The position numbers and the translations under genes were made by a program. Below, piece after piece: positions 34,995 to 42,107 of a DNA stretch of 42,177 nucleotides (positions within the stretch are counted from its first letter, which is position 1; each line of letters starts with the position of its first letter). This DNA is from an uncultured Candidatus Peribacteria bacterium. GTDB taxonomy: Bacteria; Patescibacteriota; Gracilibacteria; Peribacterales; Peribacteraceae. The stretch is taken from NCBI GenBank assembly GCA_964592265.1, contig CAZQCB010000001.1, forward strand, positions 1-42,177. The letters run 5' to 3'. Below the pieces are notes generated by a model, which was not told the DNA's origin, did not search any database, and was given only the letters and a program-made list of their open reading frames with translations.

Positions 34995-35507
34995 CTACCC
35001 CTTCTTCAAGCTCATTTTCAGGAATTCCTCGCCCTCAAACTCCTCCCTCCCTTCTTCCATAAACCCAAGCTTCGCGTACGACTTCAGCGCGCGCTCATTA
35101 TCAATGGGTACCCGGAGCCAGAGGGAAGTGCACCCGAGTGTCTCGAAGCCGTACCGCATCATCAGCGCCGAAGCCTCCGTGCCGAACCCTTTCCCCCAGA
35201 AGGCGGGGTTCCCAATCGTGATGCGTAACTGTGCCACCCTCCTCTCCTTCTCAATATCGACAAGCCCTCCATGCCCGATGAGTTCCCGTGTGTCCGTCGT
35301 GAGAATGGAGAACATCTTGCGATCTTCCATCTTCGATCGCTGAAACCAGGTCTTTTGCGCTTCAAGCGTGACTTCCCCACGATCACGTATGAGCAGAAGA
35401 AGCTCGGGGTGCTTCACTCTCCACTCATAGAAGATCGGCTGATCTTCTTCAGTCATTTCCGCAAGGAGCACGCGTTCGCCGCTGAGAATGGCCTCCCGTT
35501 TCTGCAT
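34995..35507 (-). CDS. GNAT family N-acetyltransferase (RimJ/RimL-like)
   Basis: 170 aa from ATG35507. The acetyl-CoA loop reads LRITIGNPAFWGKGFGTEA. Confidence 0.85.
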   Translation of the reverse strand: MQKREAILSGERVLLAEMTEEDQPIFYEWRVKHPELLLLIRDRGEVTLEAQKTWFQRSKMEDRKMFSILTTDTRELIGHGGLVDIEKERRVAQLRITIGNPAFWGKGFGTEASALMMRYGFETLGCTSLWLRVPIDNERALKSYAKLGFMEEGREEFEGEEFLKMSLKKG

Positions 35508-35538
35508 GGAAGATGCCAAAAACTGTACACTACTCTTG

Positions 35539-35583
35539 TTCCTCTGACTCCTCTCTTTCCTCTGCTTCCTCTGCATCCTCCCG
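35539..35583. repeat. nonamer tandem array, consensus TTCCTCTGC, 5 units
   Basis: The units are TTCCTCTGA CTCCTCTCT TTCCTCTGC TTCCTCTGC ATCCTCCCG. The array ends 3 nt before ATG35587 and fills the divergent intergenic region. Confidence 0.85.
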
Positions 35584-35586
35584 TCC

Positions 35587-36690
35587 ATGCCCGTCCCTTT
35601 CCTCGATCTCCGCGCACAGTACGAGAACCTCAAGGGGGAGATTGATACGGCAATACAACGCATCATAGAGCGCTCCGCATTTGCCTCCGGGCCCGCCGTC
35701 GAGAGCTTCGAACATGCATTCGCAGCGTACTGCGGAGCGGAGCACTGCGTCGGCCTGAACTCGGGCACCGCCGCTCTCACGCTCCTCCTCAAGGCATACG
35801 GCATCGGACCGGGGGACGAAGTGATCACGGTCGCGAACACATTCTTCGCAACTGTCGAAGCGATCCTGCATGTCGGCGCCACTCCCGTGCTCGTGGACTG
35901 CGAAGAGAGCACAGCGCTCATCGATCCGCAGAAGATCGAAGCGGCGATCACGAAGAAAACGAGAGCCGTCATCCCTGTACATCTCTACGGGCAGTGTGCA
36001 GATATGGATGCAATCCATGCGATCGCAAAGAAAAAAAACCTCATTGTCATCGAAGACGCATGCCAAGCCCATGGAGCTCGTTACAGAGGGAAGAGAGCGG
36101 GGAGCCTCGGCCACAGTGCAGCCTTGAGTTTCTATCCGGCCAAGAACCTCGGCGCTTTCGGGGAAGCAGGAGCAGTGGTGACGAGCGACAGCAACATTGC
36201 AAACACCGTGCGTATGCTCCGCGACCACGGTCAGTCACAGAAGTACCACCACGCTCTCGCGGGTTGGAACGAACGTATGGACGGCATCCAAGGAGCCGTG
36301 CTCAACGTAAAACTGAAGTACCTCGACGAGTGGAATGTGAAGCGACGAGAGCATGCGAAGAAGTATCGAGAGCAATTGGAAGGATGCGGCGATGTTCGTT
36401 TCTTCGAAACAAGAGAAGATGCTGAACACATCTACCATCTCTTCGTTGTGAGAACACCGCGGCGTGATGCTCTGCAAAAACACCTCAAGAGCAAAGGTAT
36501 CGATACCGGCATCCACTACCCCATTCCCATTCACCTGCTCGAGGCCATGCGCGGTTTTGGTTGGAAACGTGGGAGTTTTCCTGTCGCCGAGAAACTCGCA
36601 CAGGAAATCCTCTCGCTCCCCATGTATCCGGAGCTTACAGAGGAGCAGATTGGGGAAGTCAGTCTGGCTATCGGGGATTTTTTCGGGTGA
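35587..36690 (+). CDS. DegT/DnrJ/EryC1-family sugar aminotransferase
   Basis: 367 aa. MPVPFLDL, NSGTAALTLLL and EDACQAHG are present, and the Lys lies in LSFYPAKNLGAFGEAG. Confidence 0.9.
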   Translation: MPVPFLDLRAQYENLKGEIDTAIQRIIERSAFASGPAVESFEHAFAAYCGAEHCVGLNSGTAALTLLLKAYGIGPGDEVITVANTFFATVEAILHVGATPVLVDCEESTALIDPQKIEAAITKKTRAVIPVHLYGQCADMDAIHAIAKKKNLIVIEDACQAHGARYRGKRAGSLGHSAALSFYPAKNLGAFGEAGAVVTSDSNIANTVRMLRDHGQSQKYHHALAGWNERMDGIQGAVLNVKLKYLDEWNVKRREHAKKYREQLEGCGDVRFFETREDAEHIYHLFVVRTPRRDALQKHLKSKGIDTGIHYPIPIHLLEAMRGFGWKRGSFPVAEKLAQEILSLPMYPELTEEQIGEVSLAIGDFFG

Positions 36691-36760
36691 CAATGTTCAA
36701 TCCCCATCTACAGACGAGGAGCGACGATGAACCGTATATGCCGTGTTATGTGCTGTTATT

Positions 36761-37048
36761 TCACATGGACAAACTCATTTGAACTGCATTACGAGACTGA
36801 GTAAGCTCTGCAATAAGTTTCTCATATCTCCCTTTTTGAGAACTGAGATGCTCTAGAGCGATATTGCTAAGATCGTCTACCTCATCATCATTTGTAAGCC
36901 GTCTGATGGAAGGAAAGTCACTTGATGCCCTTTCTGCAGCTACAGAGAGTTTAAAGGCAATATCTCTTAAGCCATTGTCGCTCAGCTCTTGTAGCAATGC
37001 TGGTGAAAATGTGGCTTTTTCGCCCTGCTTAGCAGTACCTTCGATCAT
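36761..37048 (-). CDS. small hypothetical protein (95 aa)
   Basis: This is the only ORF in a roughly 400-bp lower-G+C patch. TACACT-N6-ATG precedes it. No motif is recognisable. Confidence 0.4.
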   Translation of the reverse strand: MIEGTAKQGEKATFSPALLQELSDNGLRDIAFKLSVAAERASSDFPSIRRLTNDDEVDDLSNIALEHLSSQKGRYEKLIAELTQSRNAVQMSLSM

Positions 37049-37054
37049 GTTTGT

Positions 37055-37060
37055 AGTGTA
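37055..37060 (-). promoter_or_regulatory. -10-like box TACACT, 6 nt upstream of ATG37048
   Basis: The minus strand reads TACACT-acaaac-ATG. Confidence 0.3.
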
Positions 37061-37095
37061 GGCTTCTGAACTGCTCTTAGCAAGAGTTTAGACAA

Positions 37096-39330
37096 TTACA
37101 ACCCCTTCGCAATGAATTCATCCATCTTCGCAATCATGCCTTCGAGGCTGTGACACTCGGCAACGATGCGGTAGAGCTCGTCGGCATTTGTGCCCTGGAA
37201 ATGCTGAATGAACGCAGCAACGGCTTCAGGGGTATCTTCGTCCGGAGCGGAGAGTAAACCAATTGCCTCAGCGTTCTTTTTCGTCGTCACGGGGTAGCAT
37301 CCACAGGTCATTGCCTCAAGCATCGTCTTATCAATGGTCTCACTGGCCATATTGAGAATGAACCGGTGCTGCGGATAGATCTCCTTCAACTGCTCCATGG
37401 GCACCGTGCCGTGGAAGGTGACGCGGGATTCAAGACCCAAGCTCGAAACGAGCTGCCGAAGCTCTGCGACATAATCCGGTTCCGCTGCGATACCGTAGAT
37501 CACCATCGTATATATCTCCGGAAGAAGTTTGAGCGCTCTCAAACTGATTTCCACACGCTTGCTTCGGGATAATCGGTGCACGACGAGAAGTTCATGTGGA
37601 TTTCCTGTGACACTCGGTCGCTTCTTCCAGAAATCGAGGTCAATGCCATGACCAGTTACAATCTTCTTCGGTGATCCCTCATACTGAGGCAAGCTCTGTG
37701 CAGTCGCACAGAAAAAGCGTTTCCCAAAGAGGCCGAAGAGGAAGACTCCGAGCTGCATCTTGTAGTGCGTGTACCAGAGGTAGACCGGAATGCCTTTGAG
37801 GAGCCACCACCAAAACCCAAGCGTATACCACACGGGAGACATATGGATGAAGACGCGGTCGTATTGGAGGGAGAAAATATATTTGTAGAAGGACAGAATT
37901 TGCCGGATCTTGCCGAATCTGCGTTCCTTTCCCATGGAGAAAACCTGTCGCACGTCACTCCGTGACGTGTGCTGCATGTCGCGGAGCGACATGCGACTAT
38001 TCTCCAGGCAGAGCACCTGAACGGTATATCCCTTCCTCTCAAAAGCCCTTACCCAGAGCTCGACGAACGCATCCTGTGTGTGCATCTTTTGGGTGATGAA
38101 GAGCAATGAAAGTTTCTTCGGAGAGGAAAGATTTTTCAGGAACTCTGCGTATTTCTGCACAGCTTCACCGGGAGCGAAACGGGAGAGGACTTCTTTTCTT
38201 GCACGCTCCCCCATTGCCCTCGTGGAAGAAAAATCACCAAGGAGCACCTGCAATTTCTCTGAAAGATTTTTTGCTGAACCATCCGTGAACTTCACAAGCT
38301 CACCATCCTCCCCAAACTGTGGCATGATCCCCACTCTCGTCGTGACCACGGGCATCCCGAGCGCCATCGCTTCGATGGCGACACGGGGATTCCCTTCACT
38401 TCGGGAATTCACAAGGAAAATTTTCCCTCGCTGCATTTCCCGGTACACGTCACGTTGCTCCGGAAGCCATCCTGCGAATGTCACACGATCATCGATCCCG
38501 AGAGATCTTGCCTTGTCCTCCAGACGTGCTCGTTCTGGCCCATCACCGATGAGAAGGAGTGAAACCCCCTTCAAAGATGAAATAGCCTGGAGTACCTCAA
38601 AAAGCCCTTTATTGGCCGTAAGACGCGCGCAAGCTACAACGTCGTACTCCTCCCTTATGGAGGGGCCTGGCATGAGCGCAGAGGCATCCAGGTAGAGGGA
38701 AGGCACAATCTCGACTTTCGCTTGCGGGATTCCCCACTGCATCAGTTTCTCCTCTACTTCATTATTCACGGTTCGCACCTTGGCGGCAGCCCGCACCGTT
38801 GCTTTGAAAAAAAATGGCCAGTGATACATCCACCGTCCAATGCGTTCCTGTAAAGACGCAGCCGTGGGATATCCCACGATGTGATGTACCTCAACTCCAT
38901 AGGGAGTGCGAGTCACACGATGCAACCACCGCGCACCAATCCCGTTATAAAACGGCGGGTAGTCGTGAACTGTCATCACCCAGTCCGGCATCTTCTTGCT
39001 TTTCAAAAGTTCTTTCCCTTTCTTGAGAATGAAGAAAGGTTGGTACCACAGCCTGTGAGGAGAAGAGTGGAAGAAAACATTCGGCAAATCCGAAATCCGA
39101 AATCCGAAATCCGAAACAAATTCGAAATTCGAATTTCGTGCTTCGTGCTTGTTTCGAATTTCGTGCGGAGCTTGTCCTGAGCCTTGTCGAAGGGTGCTTC
39201 GGATTTCTACTCTTGGGCAGATAATTTCGATTCTCTCAAAATGTTTCGAAAGTTCTTCCAAGGTGTAATAGAAAGCACCCTTCTTGCCGGAAGAGACTGA
39301 TCTGTCGCCGGAAATCATCAGAAGATTCAT
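37096..39330 (-). CDS. two-module GT4 glycosyltransferase fusion
   Basis: 744 aa. Module 1 contains FLVNSRSEGNPRVAIEAMALGMPVVTT. Module 2 contains ILNMASETIDKTMLEAMTCGCYPVTT. ATGA overlap with the upstream gene. Confidence 0.8.
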   Translation of the reverse strand: MNLLMISGDRSVSSGKKGAFYYTLEELSKHFERIEIICPRVEIRSTLRQGSGQAPHEIRNKHEARNSNFEFVSDFGFRISDLPNVFFHSSPHRLWYQPFFILKKGKELLKSKKMPDWVMTVHDYPPFYNGIGARWLHRVTRTPYGVEVHHIVGYPTAASLQERIGRWMYHWPFFFKATVRAAAKVRTVNNEVEEKLMQWGIPQAKVEIVPSLYLDASALMPGPSIREEYDVVACARLTANKGLFEVLQAISSLKGVSLLLIGDGPERARLEDKARSLGIDDRVTFAGWLPEQRDVYREMQRGKIFLVNSRSEGNPRVAIEAMALGMPVVTTRVGIMPQFGEDGELVKFTDGSAKNLSEKLQVLLGDFSSTRAMGERARKEVLSRFAPGEAVQKYAEFLKNLSSPKKLSLLFITQKMHTQDAFVELWVRAFERKGYTVQVLCLENSRMSLRDMQHTSRSDVRQVFSMGKERRFGKIRQILSFYKYIFSLQYDRVFIHMSPVWYTLGFWWWLLKGIPVYLWYTHYKMQLGVFLFGLFGKRFFCATAQSLPQYEGSPKKIVTGHGIDLDFWKKRPSVTGNPHELLVVHRLSRSKRVEISLRALKLLPEIYTMVIYGIAAEPDYVAELRQLVSSLGLESRVTFHGTVPMEQLKEIYPQHRFILNMASETIDKTMLEAMTCGCYPVTTKKNAEAIGLLSAPDEDTPEAVAAFIQHFQGTNADELYRIVAECHSLEGMIAKMDEFIAKGL
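39086..39207. repeat. heptamer-periodic nested-palindrome element (AAATCCG x4 etc.), in-frame in CDS
   Basis: Read directly. There are four perfect heptamers at 39086-39113 and a 16-nt palindrome at 39123-39138. A 12/13 stem pairs 39105-39117 with 39151-39163. TTCGGATTTC at 39198-39207 pairs with the heptamer units. Confidence 0.9.
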
Positions 39331-40502
39331 CGTGTGCGCGAGAGAGTGAGAAATTCTTCCGCAACATCGTTCCAGGTTCGCTTTGGAGGAGGCGAAGCAG
39401 AGGCTGTAGCATACATATCGTATTCTTTCTCTACTTCTTCAATTGCAGCTACGATCTCTTGAACAGTCAAAAGATCACGGAGAATCATTCCTTGAGAAAG
39501 GGCGCTGCTTAAGCCCGTCTCCTTCGTAAGGAGCACAGGGAGACCCGCTGCACGCGCTTCAAGCGCTACATTAGGGCTCATTTCGGTAACGGAAGGGAGA
39601 ACCAGGAGATCGTGCTCCGCGAACACTTCCTGTTTTTCTTCACCGTGCGCCGGGGGGTAGAATGTCACAATGTTCTGCAACTGAAGTTTTGCCACAAGAA
39701 AACGTAAGGAGCTCTCCACAGGTCCCTCACCGACAAAGGTCAGCGTTGCCCTTCCATGGTCATTCTTCAGAGCGACAACAAACGTGAGCAAATTTTTGAA
39801 TCCCACGAACCTCCCCATGAAAAGAAGGCGAAATGGATCGTGCTTCTTATGTTCTTCAGCCTTACGTACCAATTCACTAGTGAATTGGTATATTTGTTCT
39901 GGTAGGGCATTCTCAATCACAGAATGTTTCGGGAGATCCTTGTAATGCTTTTCATAGAGCTTTTCTTGAAACCGTGTAGAAAAGACGATGTGATCGAACG
40001 TACGAAGCATCAATCGCGAAACGAAAAACGAAAAACGAAAAACGAGCGAACGTTCTTCATACCATTCTCTCAAGCTCTTCATTCCCCCTCTATCCGTATA
40101 CCGCTCCCAGAAGAAATCCCCGCCAAGCCGAAGCAGCAGCTTCGGCTTGCCCCGAGCGAAGCCGAGGGGCGAGCACATGCGCCAGAGCATAATCGGCACG
40201 CCACAACTTACCGAGGAGAAAGCAACAATGACATCTGCATCGACCGCATGTTGTTTGAGCGCCTTTGCATACCTCCACCATCGAAGTAGCGGCCCACCCA
40301 ACTTTGCCACATGAATCACGGGCCAATCTTCTTTGGAAATTGGAAATTGGAATTTGGGATTTGGGATTTGGTGCTTCGGCACATACGTCACCACCTTCAC
40401 CTCATTCCCCTTCTTCGTAAATTCCTCCGCAAGTGCCTGCACATAAGTCGCGGGACCGCCAATATCAGGTGGATAGATGCCTGTAGCGAGGACGATCTTC
40501 AT
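39327..40502 (-). CDS. GT4 family glycosyltransferase
   Basis: 391 aa. MKIVLATGIYPPDIGGPATY and LVLPSVTEMSPNVALEARAAGLPVLLT are present. Confidence 0.85.
   Translation of the reverse strand: MKIVLATGIYPPDIGGPATYVQALAEEFTKKGNEVKVVTYVPKHQIPNPKFQFPISKEDWPVIHVAKLGGPLLRWWRYAKALKQHAVDADVIVAFSSVSCGVPIMLWRMCSPLGFARGKPKLLLRLGGDFFWERYTDRGGMKSLREWYEERSLVFRFSFFVSRLMLRTFDHIVFSTRFQEKLYEKHYKDLPKHSVIENALPEQIYQFTSELVRKAEEHKKHDPFRLLFMGRFVGFKNLLTFVVALKNDHGRATLTFVGEGPVESSLRFLVAKLQLQNIVTFYPPAHGEEKQEVFAEHDLLVLPSVTEMSPNVALEARAAGLPVLLTKETGLSSALSQGMILRDLLTVQEIVAAIEEVEKEYDMYATASASPPPKRTWNDVAEEFLTLSRTR
39867..39890. repeat. 24-nt perfect palindrome TACCAATTCACTAGTGAATTGGTA, copy 2
   Basis: Identical to 15195-15218. 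Here it is read in-frame as YQFTSELV inside the GT4 gene. Confidence 0.95.
40017..40049. repeat. heptamer tandem repeat CGAAAAA x3 with degenerate flanks
   Basis: The sequence reads CGAAA CGAAAAA CGAAAAA CGAAAAA CGAGCGA. It encodes RSLVFRFSFFVS on the minus strand. Confidence 0.9.
40122..40151. repeat. GC-rich hairpin (11/12-bp stem, 6-nt loop) inside CDS
   Basis: The sequence reads GCCAAGCCGAAG-cagcag-CTTCGGCTTGCC. Confidence 0.8.
40336..40377. repeat. heptamer array GAAATTG x2, GAATTTG, GGATTTG x2, GTGCTTC
   Basis: Read directly. It follows the same ordered unit series as 39124-39151 and ends in GGTGCTTCGG, as at 39195-39202. It encodes KHQIPNPKFQFPIS. Confidence 0.9.
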
Positions 40503-40534
40503 TGATCAAAATGAATTATATGATATAATATATA
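40502..40534 (+). promoter_or_regulatory. sigma70-like promoter: TTGATC, 16 nt, TGaTATAAT (also TATATA-N6-ATG)
   Basis: The -35 is at 40502-40507 and the extended -10 at 40521-40529. ATG40541 is 11 nt after TATAAT. This is an A+T-rich 38-bp divergent gap. Confidence 0.5.
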
Positions 40535-40540
40535 TCAGAG

Positions 40541-40987
40541 ATGGAGAACGATCTGGACGCCATCATAGAGCAAACAGCATTTGATCCCGCGGATGCGGTA
40601 CGAAAACTGGAGCCGACTCTCTCGCGGATGATAGGCACCCAAGAAGCCGCCTTTCGCTTCTTTCAGCTGACGCAACAGTCTGGGAAGACCCTATGTCTGG
40701 AGGATATAGCCTTCGATCGCATGGTCACCTTCCCAGAGTTTCATGAAGCATGCGCTGAGCAGCACGTAACGACTGCTCGAGAGCAGGCACAAACAAAAGT
40801 GTACATATGCATCATGGCAAAAGAAACACTGTTGCGTGCCATAATGCAAAAGACCGAGAATGTTGACATTTGGAACGAGGCAAATTCTGATACGCTTGAT
40901 GATGCAACACGGGACCGTATTGCCACGCGCTCCAGAGAGTACGAAGAGCGCATTCAAGACCTTCTCACACGAAGGCAAAAGAAGTAG
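40541..40987 (+). CDS. hypothetical protein (148 aa)
   Basis: A clean ORF follows a strong promoter-like sequence. No motif is recognisable. The stop abuts the convergent rmlB stop (TAGTTA). Confidence 0.5.
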   Translation: MENDLDAIIEQTAFDPADAVRKLEPTLSRMIGTQEAAFRFFQLTQQSGKTLCLEDIAFDRMVTFPEFHEACAEQHVTTAREQAQTKVYICIMAKETLLRAIMQKTENVDIWNEANSDTLDDATRDRIATRSREYEERIQDLLTRRQKK

Positions 40988-42004
40988 TTACGCCCGATAC
41001 CACGCGATCGTCTTCTGTAACCCCTCCGTAAAGCTCACCTTCGGACTCCATCCGAGCTTTCGGATCGCAGAGGAATCGAGCGCGTAGCGCCAGTCGTGCC
41101 CTGGGCGGTCCTCCACAAACTTGATGAGGCTCTCCGGCTTTTTCAAGATGTTCAGAATCATTTTTGCAACAGCTATGTTCTCCTTCTCATTGTCAGCAGA
41201 AATATTGAAGAGGTGACCGGAGCCCTTTCTTTGGCTTGCATGCACACCAGGAACATCCGGATCCCAGAACGCCCACTCCGTACGGAGGATGAGTTCCAGC
41301 GCATCGCAGTGATCCGTCACATACAGCCAGTCTCTCTTATTCTTCCCCTCCGCGTAGACGGGAATCGGCTCGTCCTTCAGCGCATGGCGAGTGATTGTGG
41401 GGATAAACTTCTCGAGAGCTTGATGAGGTCCAAAGTTATTCGTGCAACGGCTGATGCATACTTTGATCTTGTACGTCCGCATTGCCGCCATGAGGAGCAT
41501 CTCCGCGGCAGCTTTGCTCGCAGCATAGGGAGAACTCGGCAAAAGAGGATCGCCGACGTTCCGCGGTCGGTCGTCATCGCCGATATCCCCGTAGACTTCG
41601 TCTGTGGAAATATGAAGGAGGCGAACCTGGGGATGTGCCCGACACACCTCGATCAAACTCTGGACCCCGAGAACATTCGTGTGAAGGAACGGAGAAACAT
41701 CTTTGATGCTGTTATCGACGTGCGACTCCGCAGCGAAGTTCACGATGGTATCGATGCCATGTTTTTTCACGAGTTCCGAAACGAGCTCCTGATCCACAAT
41801 ATCGCCTTCCACAAAGGTGATCTTCTTCAAAACGGGGCCGAGGAACGCTTTGTCCGCGGCGTATGTGAGCTTATCGAGGACAACCACGTTATCCTTCGGA
41901 AATTGTGCTTGCCCTGAACCAAACTTGTTCTGGTTCGGGGCGACGTGGCGGAGGACGAAGTGGGAGCCGATGAACCCTGCCCCTCCAGTAACCAAAAGAT
42001 TCAT
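40988..42004 (-). CDS. rfbB: dTDP-glucose 4,6-dehydratase
   Basis: 338 aa from ATG42004 (MNLLVTGGAGFIGSH). AAESHVDNSI, STDEVYG, PYAASKAAAE, NNFGPHQALEKFIP, RDWLYVTDH and DRPGHDWRYALD are present. Confidence 0.9.
   Translation of the reverse strand: MNLLVTGGAGFIGSHFVLRHVAPNQNKFGSGQAQFPKDNVVVLDKLTYAADKAFLGPVLKKITFVEGDIVDQELVSELVKKHGIDTIVNFAAESHVDNSIKDVSPFLHTNVLGVQSLIEVCRAHPQVRLLHISTDEVYGDIGDDDRPRNVGDPLLPSSPYAASKAAAEMLLMAAMRTYKIKVCISRCTNNFGPHQALEKFIPTITRHALKDEPIPVYAEGKNKRDWLYVTDHCDALELILRTEWAFWDPDVPGVHASQRKGSGHLFNISADNEKENIAVAKMILNILKKPESLIKFVEDRPGHDWRYALDSSAIRKLGWSPKVSFTEGLQKTIAWYRA
41894..41936. repeat. possible degenerate copy of the heptamer/GTGCTTG element inside rfbB
   Basis: The sequence reads CTTCGGAAATTGTGCTTGCCCTGAACC, followed by a GAACCA/TGGTTC stem. 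It encodes NKFGSGQAQFPK, which looks like an insert relative to remembered RmlB N-termini. The match is short, so confidence is low. Confidence 0.35.
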
Positions 42005-42010
42005 GGGGCT

Positions 42011-42016
42011 ATGATA
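42011..42016 (-). promoter_or_regulatory. -10-like box TATCAT, 6 nt upstream of rfbB ATG
   Basis: The minus strand reads TATCAT-agcccc-ATG. Confidence 0.35.
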
Positions 42017-42029
42017 GTCCCTGCGAAGA

Positions 42030-42090
42030 GAATTAAGAATCAAGAATTACGAATTAAGGGTCCTAATTCTGAATTCCTAATTCCTACTTC
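42030..42090. promoter_or_regulatory. 4+4 inverted heptamer array (GAATTNN x4, GGGTC, NNAATTC x4)
   Basis: The array reads GAATTAA GAATCAA GAATTAC GAATTAA gggtc CTAATTC TGAATTC CTAATTC CTACTTC. 21 of 28 arm positions are complementary. It sits between the two divergent -10 boxes. Confidence 0.8.
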
Positions 42091-42095
42091 CCCTC

Positions 42096-42101
42096 TATAA
42101 T
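42096..42101 (+). promoter_or_regulatory. consensus -10 TATAAT, 6 nt upstream of ATG42108
   Basis: The sequence reads TATAAT-cctgct-ATG. Confidence 0.45.
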
Positions 42102-42107
42102 CCTGCT

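Noticed and set aside
36673-36706. GGGGATT ... AATCCCC inverted repeat after the aminotransferase stop, as a terminator
   Set aside because: It has a 7-bp stem with a 20-nt loop and no following T-run, so it is not convincing as an intrinsic terminator.
39086-40377. Possibility that the short tandem repeats are a CRISPR array
   Set aside because: The units are 7 nt with no spacers, lie inside intact coding frames, and have no cas genes nearby.
41096-41917. 273-aa plus-strand ORF antisense to rfbB
   Set aside because: The rfbB frame carries every classical RmlB motif. The antisense product has none.
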